NCBI GenBank assembly: GCA_963664115.2
Contig: CAXWPJ010000009.1
Coordinates: 224,001 to 288,000 of the forward strand
Reading direction: 5' to 3'
Length of the DNA: 64,000 nt
Source of the DNA: Terriglobia bacterium
GTDB taxonomy: Bacteria > Acidobacteriota > Terriglobia > 20CM-2-55-15
Both the position numbers and the translations under genes were made by a program. Below are positions 1-10,585 of the stretch, in pieces. Below the pieces are notes generated by a model, which saw nothing but the letters and a program-made list of their open reading frames with translations, ran no database searches and had not been told where the DNA came from. The number at the start of each line of letters is the position of its first letter. The first letter of the stretch is position 1.

Positions 1-401
1 GGGCACTTCAGGAAGCGAAATGGACTTACCGGACATTCGGATTGCGAGGAAACACCCGACCGGGGGATCTTAGTGGTGTTCGCTTGCCTGGGAGAGGAAC
101 CGGCATTGTCGCGGCCTTCACAGCAAACGAACTGGACACCGAAAACCGGGAAAAGCTCAAAACAACACTTTTGGAAGCGACTTCAAGGGGAGCGGCTGTC
201 CTCGTCGTTGAGCCGATCGCGCGTCGGCTGACACCCTGGTGGAAAGGTTGGGCCCAAACATTTATAAAGGCCGGGGGTCGCGCTGACGACTGGCGTTTTG
301 AAGCCATTCTGCCGCAACAACTGAAGCTGATGGACAAAGCCGCCGGCCTCGATCACCGGGAGCTGACAGGCCGGTCTCTCTGGCTGAGGGGAAACCCATA
401 G
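1..401 (+). CDS. Partial (5'-truncated) protein, probably the C-terminus of a class I SAM-dependent methyltransferase-like protein
   Basis: Frame is open from base 3 to the stop at 401; 'AFTANEL...VLVVEP' resembles the C-terminal strands of Rsm22-like methyltransferases. Confidence 0.4.
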   Translation, partial: ALQEAKWTYRTFGLRGNTRPGDLSGVRLPGRGTGIVAAFTANELDTENREKLKTTLLEATSRGAAVLVVEPIARRLTPWWKGWAQTFIKAGGRADDWRFEAILPQQLKLMDKAAGLDHRELTGRSLWLRGNP

Positions 402-507
402 AACACCCCCACACCTCTTCATGTTAGCGGTGCTCCATTGATTGATCTTTGAACCTGCATTGGATACCCTTGCCCTCTTGCAGTACGACTTGATTGGGGG
501 TGAATAG

Positions 508-2085
508 ATGAGATCCAGGTGGATTTTGACTGCGGTCGTATGTGTGGGGCTACTCGCCGCTTGCGCGTCGGAACCTGCCCTCGGCCCGGAAGCCGCACAG
601 GTCTTGCTCGACGAAGTTGCTGAATCAATGGGTGGATGGGACACGTTGTCGGCCATCCAAAGACAGGAATTGGTCACACAGGGAAACGACTTTTCGCCCC
701 TCCAGGCGACGGAACCGGGAGCTCTGTTGCAGACCACCGGTTTCGGCCAAAGTACCCTGATCGACTACAACGGGCCCTCCATACGGGTCGAGTTCGACGC
801 CGAAAGAACGCCCCCGGCAACAGGGTCAATAGTCTTCGCCGAAGCGATAGCCGGTGACGTCGGCGCCTTATTCGGAGAAGCCGACGGGGAGCCCACGGCC
901 ACGCGGATGCAGGGTAGCCGGGTAGCGGCTCGACTCCGCGACTACAACCGCATGCCGAGACAACTGCCTTTCACTGCCCGCAACGCTTCGGATCTCACCC
1001 GCGCCGAGGATCGCGTGGTTGATGGACAAAATTACGAAGTGCTCCGGTACACCGATGGTGCCAACCCCGTGGAAATACTGGTGGACCCTTTCAGCAACCT
1101 TCCCGCGCGCGTGATCTACACCGAAACCGAACCCCTTCTGGGCGACTACCAGAACGAAATAACTTACCTGGATTGGCGCGACACGCCGGTTCCGACCGAG
1201 GCCGAAGAGCCCCTGATGGCCCGGATGCCATTCGGTCAACGAATGGCAATGAACGGGCAGACCTTGCGCGAGGAGGCCTATCGGAACGTGATCAATAACG
1301 GGACGTTTCCGGAGGGCACTTTCGCCATTCCCCAAGCAGTCCGGGATGCTCGTGAACCGGGTCAACGCATCGTCGGTCAGTGGACACTTCGGCGCGCCCA
1401 TCTGGGCGTGGCAGGACAGGCCTGGGGTGACCCTGAACCGAACGTCATAGCGGATGAACTTGCGCCCGGAGTTCTCCACTTTCGCGGTGGCAGCCATCAC
1501 ACCATGGCCGTCGAGATGGAAGATCACGTCATCGTAGTCGAAGCACCTCTGCTTGAAGAGAGGTCGGAAGCCGTGATCGCTCTGATCGAGGAATCGTTTC
1601 CCGGCAAGCCCATCCGCTACTTCGTGACGACTCACTTTCACTTTGACCACAGTGGCGGCATCCGGACTTATGCAGCGCAAGGCGCCACGGCAGTGGTTCA
1701 TGAAAGCATCGCGCCATTCATCACGTCAGCGCTTCAAAGCCCGAGTACGATTCGGCCGGACATGTTGGCCCAAGCGGGTCTGACACCCGTTGTGGAAGGC
1801 GTCGCCGAGTCGATGGACCTAAGCGACGGCACGCGCACCGTGCAGGTCTTACACGTCCCAAACGAACACGCCACTGGAATGTTGATGGCCTACCTTCCGA
1901 ACGAAAGGATCGCCTTCGTCAGCGATCTGTATTCACCCCCGGCCGCACCTCAGGCCGACGATGCGAACGCACGTGCTTTCTATGACGCTGTCGTTAACGC
2001 TGGGCTGGATGTAGACCGCGTCGTGGGCGGCCACGGGGGACCTGCAGGTTCGTTCGAGGTTTTAACCGGCGTCTTCGGCAACTGA
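508..2085 (+). CDS. MBL-fold metallo-hydrolase lipoprotein with a large N-terminal domain
   Basis: Lipobox LLAA-C; THFHFDHSGG (HxHxDH) with downstream H, D and H ligands (EHATG, SDLY, GGHGG). Confidence 0.85.
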   Translation: MRSRWILTAVVCVGLLAACASEPALGPEAAQVLLDEVAESMGGWDTLSAIQRQELVTQGNDFSPLQATEPGALLQTTGFGQSTLIDYNGPSIRVEFDAERTPPATGSIVFAEAIAGDVGALFGEADGEPTATRMQGSRVAARLRDYNRMPRQLPFTARNASDLTRAEDRVVDGQNYEVLRYTDGANPVEILVDPFSNLPARVIYTETEPLLGDYQNEITYLDWRDTPVPTEAEEPLMARMPFGQRMAMNGQTLREEAYRNVINNGTFPEGTFAIPQAVRDAREPGQRIVGQWTLRRAHLGVAGQAWGDPEPNVIADELAPGVLHFRGGSHHTMAVEMEDHVIVVEAPLLEERSEAVIALIEESFPGKPIRYFVTTHFHFDHSGGIRTYAAQGATAVVHESIAPFITSALQSPSTIRPDMLAQAGLTPVVEGVAESMDLSDGTRTVQVLHVPNEHATGMLMAYLPNERIAFVSDLYSPPAAPQADDANARAFYDAVVNAGLDVDRVVGGHGGPAGSFEVLTGVFGN

Positions 2086-2150
2086 TTACTGTCGGCGTAT
2101 ATAGCTGTTGACAACGTATGTGAATACGTTCAACTACGGTGGAGGACTAG

Positions 2151-3197
2151 ATGATGGATTCACGAATCGTCCGCGTTGCAATCGGCTTAGCTATAGCATG
2201 GGTTCTTTCTCCGATTGCGATGGCGCAGTCGGACGAGACGCTGGCCATTATCGATGGCGTCTCCTTAAGTGAAGCCGCCGTGAGAGCATTGGCCATCGAC
2301 GAACTCGACCAGCTCGAGACCCGACGCTTGCGATTCGACGCCACCTCCAAAGCCGAAGAGCACGAAATAATCGAAGAGGCTCTCAACGGCATGATTGCGG
2401 ACCACCTCCTGACAACCGAAGCCGAAAGCCGTGGCGTTTCCGTCGCCGATCTACTCGCGAGCGAGGTTGCCGCAAACACGCCTGCAGCCAGTGAAGAGGA
2501 GGTGCAAAACATCTATAACGTCAATCGCGAACAACTATCGGGCGTGTCGCTGGAAGTGGGTATGGGGCAGGTGAGAGATTTCCTGGGTCAACAAAACTAC
2601 GATCGGACGCTGGAGAGCTATATCGAAGACCTTCGTGAAGAGTACGCGGTCGAGTCTCTTCTGGGTCCATATCGAGTCGAAGTCGAAGCCGAGGGACATC
2701 CCTCTACGGGGTCTTCGGACGCGCCCGTGACCATCGTGGAGTTTTCGGACTTTGAATGCCCATTCTGCCGCCGTGCCGAGCCGGTATTCAAACAGATTCA
2801 AGAGGTATATGGCGATCAGGTGCGGATGGTGTACCGCCAATTTCCACTCAATGACATCCATCCCCGGGCTCAAAAGGCCGCCGAAGCGTCCTTGTGCGCT
2901 GATGAGCAGGGGCAGTTCTGGGATATGCATGACGTGTTGTTCCAGGATCCGATCGAATTGGAAGTCGCAAGCCTCAGGGAAAAAGCAGCTACAACCGGCC
3001 TGGACACAGAAGTATTCAACGAATGTCTTGAATCGGGTAAGTATGCGGACCGTATCGATGCCGACATTAGAGCCGGTGTCCTGGTGGGCGTGACCGGAAC
3101 ACCGGCAACGTTCATCAACGGGCGCCCTGTTATAGGCGCTCAGCCCTTCGAGTCGTATGCAGAGATAATCGACGAAGAACTCGGACTGAATAAATAG
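2151..3197 (+). CDS. DsbA-family thioredoxin-fold protein with N-terminal SurA-like helical region
   Basis: Signal peptide; EFSDFECPFC active site; GTP cis-Pro loop; GGAGG RBS. Confidence 0.9.
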   Translation: MMDSRIVRVAIGLAIAWVLSPIAMAQSDETLAIIDGVSLSEAAVRALAIDELDQLETRRLRFDATSKAEEHEIIEEALNGMIADHLLTTEAESRGVSVADLLASEVAANTPAASEEEVQNIYNVNREQLSGVSLEVGMGQVRDFLGQQNYDRTLESYIEDLREEYAVESLLGPYRVEVEAEGHPSTGSSDAPVTIVEFSDFECPFCRRAEPVFKQIQEVYGDQVRMVYRQFPLNDIHPRAQKAAEASLCADEQGQFWDMHDVLFQDPIELEVASLREKAATTGLDTEVFNECLESGKYADRIDADIRAGVLVGVTGTPATFINGRPVIGAQPFESYAEIIDEELGLNK

Positions 3198-3219
3198 AAT
3201 ACTGTGACTGAGACCTAAG

Positions 3220-3801
3220 CTAAATCTGGCTCTCTTCGACCCACCTGGGAACCTCCAGACCCTCGTAGCCCTCCAAGCGGTCGAGCAGTTCGTCCCCACC
3301 CTCGGCCAGTGTCATCATGTTTCGATTCTTCGTTTCGATGAATTTCTCGGCTACAGCGTGGTTCAGGAACTCCAGCAGGTGATCGAAATATCCTTCGGCG
3401 TTAAGCAGTCCACATGGTTTTCGATGGATACCAAGTTGCGCCCAGGTCCAGATCTCGAACAGCTCTTCGAGGGTGCCCAAACCACCCGGCAACGCTATGA
3501 ACGCATCGGAGAGTTGCTCCATCTGGGTCTTCCGTTCGTGCATCGAAGCTACGACCCGGAGTTCCGACAGGCCCGAATGCGCCACCTCCCGGTCCACGAG
3601 AGGCCGCGGAATGACACCAATGACGTGGCCACCACGCTCCAGCACCGTATCCGCCAGCAGGCCCATCAGACCGACAGCCCCCCCGCCATAAACCAGACCC
3701 AGATTGCGCGAAACCAGGGCCACCCCCAAGCTCCGGGCAGCATCGCCATACTGAGATCGCGCACCCGAACTCGATCCGGCAAACACACAAACACGTTTCA
3801 T
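3220..3801 (-). CDS. LOG family (TIGR00730) phosphoribohydrolase
   Basis: VCVFAGSS, YGGGAVGLMG, MHERK, PGGLGTLEE; ATG at 3801 overlaps the crcB stop. Confidence 0.92.
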   Translation of the reverse strand: MKRVCVFAGSSSGARSQYGDAARSLGVALVSRNLGLVYGGGAVGLMGLLADTVLERGGHVIGVIPRPLVDREVAHSGLSELRVVASMHERKTQMEQLSDAFIALPGGLGTLEELFEIWTWAQLGIHRKPCGLLNAEGYFDHLLEFLNHAVAEKFIETKNRNMMTLAEGGDELLDRLEGYEGLEVPRWVEESQI

Positions 3802-4190
3802 CACGAACGTCCGAGACCGTAACCTGCCCAAACGGCTAGCAATCCCGCAACGACATGCAGGACGACATTAAGTGCTGCGCGGGAAGGATCGGCCGCTCTC
3901 ACAAGAGCGAGCGTTTCATATCCGAAGGCCGAAAATGTCGTAAAGCCGCCAAGAACTCCGATGAAGAAGAACAATCGAAGCTCGGTTCCAATGACCTGCC
4001 GTGCATCGCCCAATCCACCCAGGATGCCAATCGCGAAGCAACCTGCGACGTTCACCAACAACGTGCCGTAAGGGAGAGTTGTCGATCCCAAAATTCGGTA
4101 AACGAGACCGCCGGCGCCAAACCGGCAAACGGACCCCAGAAATCCCCCTGCACCAACCAGAAGCGAATGCCAAATCCAACTCGTGCTCAC
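3801..4190 (-). CDS. crcB: Fluoride efflux channel CrcB/FluC
   Basis: GGFLGSVCR, GTLLVN, GGFTTFSAF signature; 4 TM segments. Confidence 0.95.
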   Translation of the reverse strand: MSTSWIWHSLLVGAGGFLGSVCRFGAGGLVYRILGSTTLPYGTLLVNVAGCFAIGILGGLGDARQVIGTELRLFFFIGVLGGFTTFSAFGYETLALVRAADPSRAALNVVLHVVAGLLAVWAGYGLGRS

Positions 4191-4260
4191 AACCTCTCCA
4201 CTTTATTGAAACAAAGCTTGAAACAGAACCGACGCTGGCCCTTCCTTGCCTGCTCCGGGC

Positions 4261-4632
4261 CTACTCCGGATCGGGATCCCGGTGAACCGTGTCAGGCGAA
4301 AACGCCGGCAGACACACAGCGAGGTACTCGGCGCCTCCGGTTTCAGGGCTGCTGTAGCGTACCCACTCACCCGGGCGTGCGACGACCCCCTGGCCAGCAC
4401 GCACGTCGAGTTGTCCACCTTCAAACTCCACTCTCAACATCCCATTGAGGACAACCGTGATTTCTTCAAACTCGGGGCGTTGTCCGGGCTCCATCCACCC
4501 CTCCGGGGCTACCATCCGCGCAACACTGGCACCCTCGTGTCCCGAATTAACGCGACCGGCATATTCTTCGATGCGCTTGGGCTTGTTGCCCGCGGCTTGA
4601 ATGATTGTGGGTTTCTCTATCAGTTCCGGCAT
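4261..4632 (-). CDS. Cupin domain protein
   Basis: EPGQRPEFEEITVVLNG and VRYSSP cupin-like motifs; likely start MPELIEKP at 4632. Confidence 0.8.
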   Translation of the reverse strand: MPELIEKPTIIQAAGNKPKRIEEYAGRVNSGHEGASVARMVAPEGWMEPGQRPEFEEITVVLNGMLRVEFEGGQLDVRAGQGVVARPGEWVRYSSPETGGAEYLAVCLPAFSPDTVHRDPDPE

Positions 4633-4651
4633 TGATTTAATCGTCCAATCC

Positions 4652-5458
4652 TCAAAAAGAGTTATCTCCGTCCAACACACGTCCGATTCCGCCCAACACG
4701 GATCCTTCACCACGTGACCGACCGCCCCGGAATCCTGGGACTGCAGCAACAATCCGGTTCGCCAGTCGGCTCAACGGCAGGGACTGGAGCCAAACCCGGC
4801 CTGGACCCTTGAGCGTCGCAAAGAACAATCCTTCGCCGCCGAACAGCGCCGATTTGATCTTACCGACAAACTGAATGTCGTAGTCCACCGTTCCCTGGAA
4901 ACCGACAATACATCCCGTATCGACTCGCAGTGTTTCGCCCTCCGCCAATTGGCGCTCATAGAGCGTCCCGCCGGCATGAATGAAGGCCCACCCGTCGCCA
5001 TCGAGGCGTTGCATGATGAATCCCTCGCCGCCGAACAACCCTGCGCCCAGCCGCCGCTGGAACGCAATGCCAATCGATACACCCTTCGCTGCGGCAAGAA
5101 ACGAGTCTTTTTGGGTGATGAAGTGGCCCCCGATGTCGGCCAGGTGGATCGCAATGATCTTGCCCGGATAGGGAGCCCCGAAAGCCACCCGTTTCTTACC
5201 CCCACCACTGTTCAGAAAGACCGTCATGAACAGCGATTCGCCGGTCAGCAGTCTTTTTCCGGCGCCGACCAGCGCACCCAACACTCCACTGTCGGATTGA
5301 GACCCATCGCCGAATATTGTTTCCATTTCGATCCCGTCATCCATATACATCATGCCTCCGGCCTCGGCTACGGTTGCCTCACCCGGATCCAGCTCCACTT
5401 CGACGAACTGCATGTCGTCACCAAAAATCTTGTAGTCCACTTCGTGCATCGTAGCCAT
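4652..5458 (-). CDS. TIGR00266/AIM24 family protein
   Basis: [17 protein letters not shown], repeated FGGEG motifs, [11 protein letters not shown]. Confidence 0.9.
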   Translation of the reverse strand: MATMHEVDYKIFGDDMQFVEVELDPGEATVAEAGGMMYMDDGIEMETIFGDGSQSDSGVLGALVGAGKRLLTGESLFMTVFLNSGGGKKRVAFGAPYPGKIIAIHLADIGGHFITQKDSFLAAAKGVSIGIAFQRRLGAGLFGGEGFIMQRLDGDGWAFIHAGGTLYERQLAEGETLRVDTGCIVGFQGTVDYDIQFVGKIKSALFGGEGLFFATLKGPGRVWLQSLPLSRLANRIVAAVPGFRGGRSRGEGSVLGGIGRVLDGDNSF

Positions 5459-5541
5459 CGTTTCTCCTTACGGTAGGGGACGGACACTTAACGATTGTGC
5501 GCATTCAATACGGCGACCCACTTTCGGTTGAACCGCAATTG

Positions 5542-6492
5542 TTAAATGTCCGTCCCATTCCCGGTCAATGCCTGGACGTGGGCGTGGACCGCGCCACCCA
5601 GGTTATCGAGGTTGTATCCGCCCTCCAGGAGGGCGATGAGGCGACCTGAACAGTGCCGTTCGGCCATGCCCATCAATTCCTTCGTCATTTCGGAAAAATC
5701 GGAGTCGTTCAGCATCAGTTGTCCCAGGGGATCCCCGATCCGCGAGTCAAAACCAGCCGATACGATAATCAAGTCGGGATGAAATCGCTCTTCAATTTGC
5801 CGAAGGGCCTCAGTAAAAGCTTCGCGGTGAACCGCTGCCGCGGTGTTCGATCTCAGGGGCACGTTGAGCGTGGCTCCCTCTCCGGCACCATCACCCGCAT
5901 CTGTGGCTCGGCCCGTGCCCGGATAGTACGGAAACTGGTGAGTCGAAAAGTAAAAGACATCGGGATCGGTATAGAAAATTTCCTGGCTGCCATTGCCATG
6001 GTGCACGTCCCAGTCGGCAATCAGTATCCGTTCCAATCCGTAGCGCGCTTGAGCGTATCGGGCGGCGATCGCCGCATTGTTGAACAGACAGAACCCCATT
6101 GCAGCGTTGGGCCGCGCATGATGCCCCGGCGGTCGGACGGGGGCAAAAGCATTGTCTGCACCTCCGTCGACAACCAGATCAACGGCCCGCAGGCCGGCGC
6201 CGACCGCCAGACGCGCGACGCCGAACGACTCCGGGCTGATGGCAGTATCGGGATCAACCCTGTCATGACCTTCACTGCTGGCCCGGCGAATGAAGTCGAA
6301 CAATTCCGTTGAATGGCACCGCGTAATATCCTCTTCTGAAGCCGAGACCGGCTCGACGTGTCGCAGTCGCCCCCACAAGACGTCATCCCCTTCGAGGGCC
6401 GCCCGGATAACTTCCAGCCGGCGGTACGTCTCCGGATGGTATCCGGTGTCGTGTTTCAGGAAGCGGGGATCGTCAATTAATGCAGTCGCCAC
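5542..6492 (-). CDS. Histone deacetylase family (Zn-dependent amidohydrolase)
   Basis: HPE, RPPGHHA, GFC, DWDVHHGNG, SAGFD, LEGGY motifs. Confidence 0.95.
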   Translation of the reverse strand: MATALIDDPRFLKHDTGYHPETYRRLEVIRAALEGDDVLWGRLRHVEPVSASEEDITRCHSTELFDFIRRASSEGHDRVDPDTAISPESFGVARLAVGAGLRAVDLVVDGGADNAFAPVRPPGHHARPNAAMGFCLFNNAAIAARYAQARYGLERILIADWDVHHGNGSQEIFYTDPDVFYFSTHQFPYYPGTGRATDAGDGAGEGATLNVPLRSNTAAAVHREAFTEALRQIEERFHPDLIIVSAGFDSRIGDPLGQLMLNDSDFSEMTKELMGMAERHCSGRLIALLEGGYNLDNLGGAVHAHVQALTGNGTDI

Positions 6493-6577
6493 TTGGAAAA
6501 TCCTTTAAAGGGTTCATCGTCGGGGTGAAACGAGCGGACGAGATCTAATCGATCAGAGCGAGTCGCAAAACAAGCAA

Positions 6578-7147
6578 TTAAGCGCTCGCGGCCTCGGTAC
6601 CGGGTAACAGGTCTTTAGCAGTCATGATCGGATAAAAGGGATATCGTGATCGGACCGCCTCGGTTCCACCCTCTTCGCGGTCCACAACACACAGGGTAGC
6701 CGCGACCTTGTATCCCGCGGCTTCAACTTTGTCGCAGGCTTCCAGGATAGACCCGCCACTGGTGCAGACGTCGTCGACCACGATGACCCGTGATCCGGGG
6801 GATCCTGTCCATCCTTCAATCTGCCGTCTCGCTCCATGCTTCTTCGTCTCTTTGCGAACGATGAAAGCCGGGATCGGGGTTCCTTCGACTTCACTCACGA
6901 CGGCCACGGCGGCCGCTATCGGATCGGCCCCCAGGGTCAAGCCTCCGATGGCTTCGGCTTCAATTTCGTTGTCGCGAATTGCCCGGAGCAACAGCCGCGC
7001 TATCAGCAGCGCTCCACGCGGATGGAGCGTCGTAGTCCGGCAGTCGAGATAGTAAGAAGATTTCTTTCCGGAACTCAGTACGAACTCACCCAGCTGGAGA
7101 GAATGTTCGCGGATGACTTCAAGGAGGCCCTGGCGATCCTCATCCAT
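6578..7147 (-). CDS. pyrE: Orotate phosphoribosyltransferase
   Basis: FVLSSGKKSSYYLDC, RKETKKHG, VVDDVCTSGGS PRPP motif. Confidence 0.95.
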   Translation of the reverse strand: MDEDRQGLLEVIREHSLQLGEFVLSSGKKSSYYLDCRTTTLHPRGALLIARLLLRAIRDNEIEAEAIGGLTLGADPIAAAVAVVSEVEGTPIPAFIVRKETKKHGARRQIEGWTGSPGSRVIVVDDVCTSGGSILEACDKVEAAGYKVAATLCVVDREEGGTEAVRSRYPFYPIMTAKDLLPGTEAASA

Positions 7148-7195
7148 GGGCCGAGTATATCACCGGCCAACAGACGGTCCTTCGAAGGCTCCCGG

Positions 7196-7864
7196 CTATT
7201 GTCCCTCCGGAGGATAAAGGGACCGCAGTGCGTCGGCGTCGCTGGGAGAGAGCCCGGAATGGGCCATGATATCTGCCCTGGTTTCCAACCTCCGCCGATA
7301 GCGAAGGAAATACTCGGTTAAATCCCCACCGTATCCAAACGAGTACATGATATCTGCGAATCGGTCCGTGTGCCCCAGGCCAAAGGCATGCCCGAGTTCG
7401 TGAACACACGTCAGGTACACAATCGTGTCACGGAGGAGTTTGTCTTCTCCGGCTCGAACGCTAAGTTCCCTCCCCAATTGAGAAGCGCCAGGCATCACGT
7501 ACACGAATGCGCCCGGCTTGCCGTTGACGCGAATATGCTGAGTTTCACCAAAAAGTCCCTGGTCCCCCGATACCCAGATGAGGCGGATGAGTGCTCCGCT
7601 TTCGGTTTCGGACGGCACGAAGCGCAAACGGCCACCGCTTTCCCGTGACCAAGCGTCGAGGGCCGCCCGGGCAAGCTCCCGGTCAGCGATCTGGTACCCG
7701 GGAATATCACGCCCGTCAGCAATAAAATAGGGAATCGGTTCGCTGGCGTCGAGGGGATCGGGCTCCGGAAATATATTTCGCTGTCCGAATTCGCTTTCGG
7801 CAAGGGCCGGTCCGGAACCGATAGCGACCGCCAAGCCTAAGGCAAATGGTCGAGAGAAGTTCAT
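7196..7864 (-). CDS. Secreted matrixin-like (metzincin) metalloprotease
   Basis: Signal peptide; HELGHAFGLGH plus DIMY Met-turn. Confidence 0.85.
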   Translation of the reverse strand: MNFSRPFALGLAVAIGSGPALAESEFGQRNIFPEPDPLDASEPIPYFIADGRDIPGYQIADRELARAALDAWSRESGGRLRFVPSETESGALIRLIWVSGDQGLFGETQHIRVNGKPGAFVYVMPGASQLGRELSVRAGEDKLLRDTIVYLTCVHELGHAFGLGHTDRFADIMYSFGYGGDLTEYFLRYRRRLETRADIMAHSGLSPSDADALRSLYPPEGQ

Positions 7865-8135
7865 CTGTGAACGGCCCCGCATCCGCGAAAGTATACCATT
7901 GGGATCTGGACGGGAATCAAGGCGTGCCTCTTGCCGAATTTCTCAATTCTAAGTCTAAAAAAGGATCGTTTTGCGTATCCTCTGGTGAAATCAGCCTGAC
8001 ACTTATGGTACAAAAGAAACAGGCATTTAGTTTAGAACGTTCCGGTCTTAAGCATGTTCGACACTCCAACCTGTGATCTTACGGAGACACGCCGAAGGCC
8101 GCCTTTAATTCCGCAAACTACCGGACAAAAATTGC

Positions 8136-9692
8136 ATGAATGATTCAGTACTTCTGCGTCGAGTACGCAACATCTACCGCAACCTGCCGACGGCGACCAA
8201 CTACGAACACATTATTCGCAGAGGTGAGGCCCGCATCGCACACCGGGGTCCTATCGTGGCTCATACCGGAGCCCGGACCGGGCGTTCTCCGAAAGACAAA
8301 TTCATCACGATGGAACCCTCATGCGCGGACAAGGTGTGGTGGGGCGAAATCAACCAGCCATTCTTAACGGAACGATTCGACGCATTGCTCCACAGGGTAG
8401 AGGGCTACCTTCAGGGAAAGGACGTCTACGTTCAGGATTGCTTTGTCGGAGCGGATCCCGACTACCGTATCCCGATCGAGGTCATTACGGAAGATGCCTG
8501 GCAGGGGCAGTTTGCGCGAAATCTCTTTCCGCGCCGGACGACGAACGAGCCCGCGGAGTTCACAATCATCAGCCTGCCGAACTTTCATGCCATGCCGGAC
8601 CACGACGGGACGAACTCGGAAGCTTTCGTTCTCATGAATTTTGCCAAGAAAATGGTCCTGATCGCGGGAACGGCTTATGCCGGTGAGATCAAGAAGTCGG
8701 CTTTCACGATCATGAACTATCTGATGCCGGAGAAAGGCGTTTTTCCCATGCACAGCTCGGCCAATATCGGAAAAGACGGATCCACAGCCGTTCTCTTTGG
8801 CCTTTCAGGAACCGGCAAAACGACGCTGTCCGCGGATCCCGAGCGCCGGCTGATCGGCGACGACGAACACGGATGGAGCGACAACGGTATATTCAACTTC
8901 GAAAGCGGCTGCTACGCCAAAGTGATTCGACTCTCTGCCGAAGCGGAACCGGACATCTACCGGGCAACGGGCCGCTTCGGCACTGTCCTGGAAAACGTCG
9001 TTCTTGACGAAGAAACGCGGACTCTTGATCTGGACGACGACTCGATTACGGAGAATACGCGGGCGGCCTATCCTCTCACCTATATCAGAAACAGTGAAAA
9101 GAGCGGGCTGGGCCCTCACCCGAAGAACATCATCATGCTGACTGCCGATGCGTTTGGAGTTCTTCCGCCAGTCGCGCGTCTGACACCTGAACAGGCGATG
9201 TACCACTTCATTTCAGGATACACGGCCAAGGTTGCCGGGACCGAGGCCGGGATGGGCAAAGAGCCGCAGGCGACCTTCAGTACTTGTTTCGGCGCACCCT
9301 TCATGGTGCTCCATCCCACCGTTTATGGGAATCTGCTGCGTGACCGGATCGAACAGCACAATGTCGATTGCTGGCTGATCAATACCGGCTGGACTGGCGG
9401 ACCCTATGGCGTGGGAACCCGAATGAAAATCGCTCACACCCGTGCCATGGTGAGTGCGGTTCTCGATGGGATCTTGAAAGACGTTCCAACCGAAGCCGAC
9501 CCGATCTTCAACCTTCAGATTCCGAAAACATGTCCCGGAGTTCCCGAAGAAGTGCTGAATCCGCGCAATACCTGGACGGACAAGGACGCTTACGATGCCA
9601 AGGCCCGGGATCTGGCCAATCGATTCAAGGAAAATTTCCGGACATTTGCCGACGACATGGCTGATGAAGTCGTTGCTGCGGGGCCCCAGTAA
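8136..9692 (+). CDS. pckA: Phosphoenolpyruvate carboxykinase (ATP)
   Basis: TGRSPKDK, YAGEIKK, GLSGTGKTT, IGDDEHGW, TENTRAAYP. Confidence 0.97.
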   Translation: MNDSVLLRRVRNIYRNLPTATNYEHIIRRGEARIAHRGPIVAHTGARTGRSPKDKFITMEPSCADKVWWGEINQPFLTERFDALLHRVEGYLQGKDVYVQDCFVGADPDYRIPIEVITEDAWQGQFARNLFPRRTTNEPAEFTIISLPNFHAMPDHDGTNSEAFVLMNFAKKMVLIAGTAYAGEIKKSAFTIMNYLMPEKGVFPMHSSANIGKDGSTAVLFGLSGTGKTTLSADPERRLIGDDEHGWSDNGIFNFESGCYAKVIRLSAEAEPDIYRATGRFGTVLENVVLDEETRTLDLDDDSITENTRAAYPLTYIRNSEKSGLGPHPKNIIMLTADAFGVLPPVARLTPEQAMYHFISGYTAKVAGTEAGMGKEPQATFSTCFGAPFMVLHPTVYGNLLRDRIEQHNVDCWLINTGWTGGPYGVGTRMKIAHTRAMVSAVLDGILKDVPTEADPIFNLQIPKTCPGVPEEVLNPRNTWTDKDAYDAKARDLANRFKENFRTFADDMADEVVAAGPQ

Positions 9693-9712
9693 TCGAACGG
9701 CACCACAACGAT

Positions 9713-10480
9713 ATGTTGCTGGAAGGCAAGACGGGCCTGATCATGGGCGTGGCCAACAAGCGGAGTATCGCCTGGGGCGTCGCCCAGTCCACACACCAGG
9801 CTGGAGCTCGGCTGGTACTGAGCTACCAGAATGATCGGCTGGGCGAAAACGTCCGAAAGTTGGCGCCGGAACTCAACGAACCGCTTCTCCTGCCCTGCGA
9901 CGTTCAGAACGATGACGAGATCGATCGCCTCATGGAGAGCATCCAGACCGAGGTCGGCGGTCTGGACTTTGTCGTTCATGCCCTGGCCTTCGCGCCTCGG
10001 GAAGCCCTGACAGGATCGTTCGCGGACACGTCGCGCGAGGCGTTCCACACGGCGCTCGACGTCAGCGCCTACTCTCTCGTTGCCCTATCTCGCCGGGCGG
10101 CTCCTTTGATGACGGATCGTGACGGCAGCATCATGACGCTTACCTATCTTGGCGCCGAGCGCGTTGTCCCGGGTTATAACGTGATGGGGGTTGCCAAAGC
10201 TGCCCTGGAAGCGTCGGTCCGCTACCTTGCCAACGATCTGGGACCTGCCGGCATTCGTGTCAACGCGATATCAGCTGGCCCGATTCGCACGCTGGCCTCT
10301 TCTGCTGTCTCGGGCATTACCAGCATGGTCAGGATGCATGCAGAGAAGGCGCCTCTCCGTAGAGCAACCGAAACGGGCGAAGTGGGCGATACGGCCGTGT
10401 TTCTGGCAAGCACGTTGTCGCGTGGAATAACGGGGGAAGTTATCTATGTGGACGGTGGCTACCACGTCCTCGGTGTCTGA
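9713..10480 (+). CDS. fabI: Enoyl-ACP reductase
   Basis: GVANKRSIAWG, YNVMGVAKAALE, ISAGPIRTLA. Confidence 0.95.
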   Translation: MLLEGKTGLIMGVANKRSIAWGVAQSTHQAGARLVLSYQNDRLGENVRKLAPELNEPLLLPCDVQNDDEIDRLMESIQTEVGGLDFVVHALAFAPREALTGSFADTSREAFHTALDVSAYSLVALSRRAAPLMTDRDGSIMTLTYLGAERVVPGYNVMGVAKAALEASVRYLANDLGPAGIRVNAISAGPIRTLASSAVSGITSMVRMHAEKAPLRRATETGEVGDTAVFLASTLSRGITGEVIYVDGGYHVLGV

Positions 10481-10585
10481 ACCGACGCCGACCATGACTC
10501 ACAATGGCTCAGTTGGTTAAAGTGGGGTCCGCACGGTAGGGGCGGACTACCCGGTATCTTGGAAGTGTTGAAGGGATGCTTTGGG

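Noticed and set aside
2108-2134. Palindrome gttgacaacgtat-gtga-atacgttcaac overlapping a TTGACA before the dsbA-like gene
   Set aside because: Could be an operator or a weak terminator, but it is a single instance with no recognisable regulator motif
4191-4260. Possible fluoride riboswitch upstream of crcB
   Set aside because: The GGCGAUGG…CUxAUGAC consensus is absent and crcB appears to be inside an operon
8080-8130. Glycine-riboswitch-like words (GGAGA…CCGAAGG) upstream of pckA
   Set aside because: The conserved CUCAGG element and supporting stems are missing
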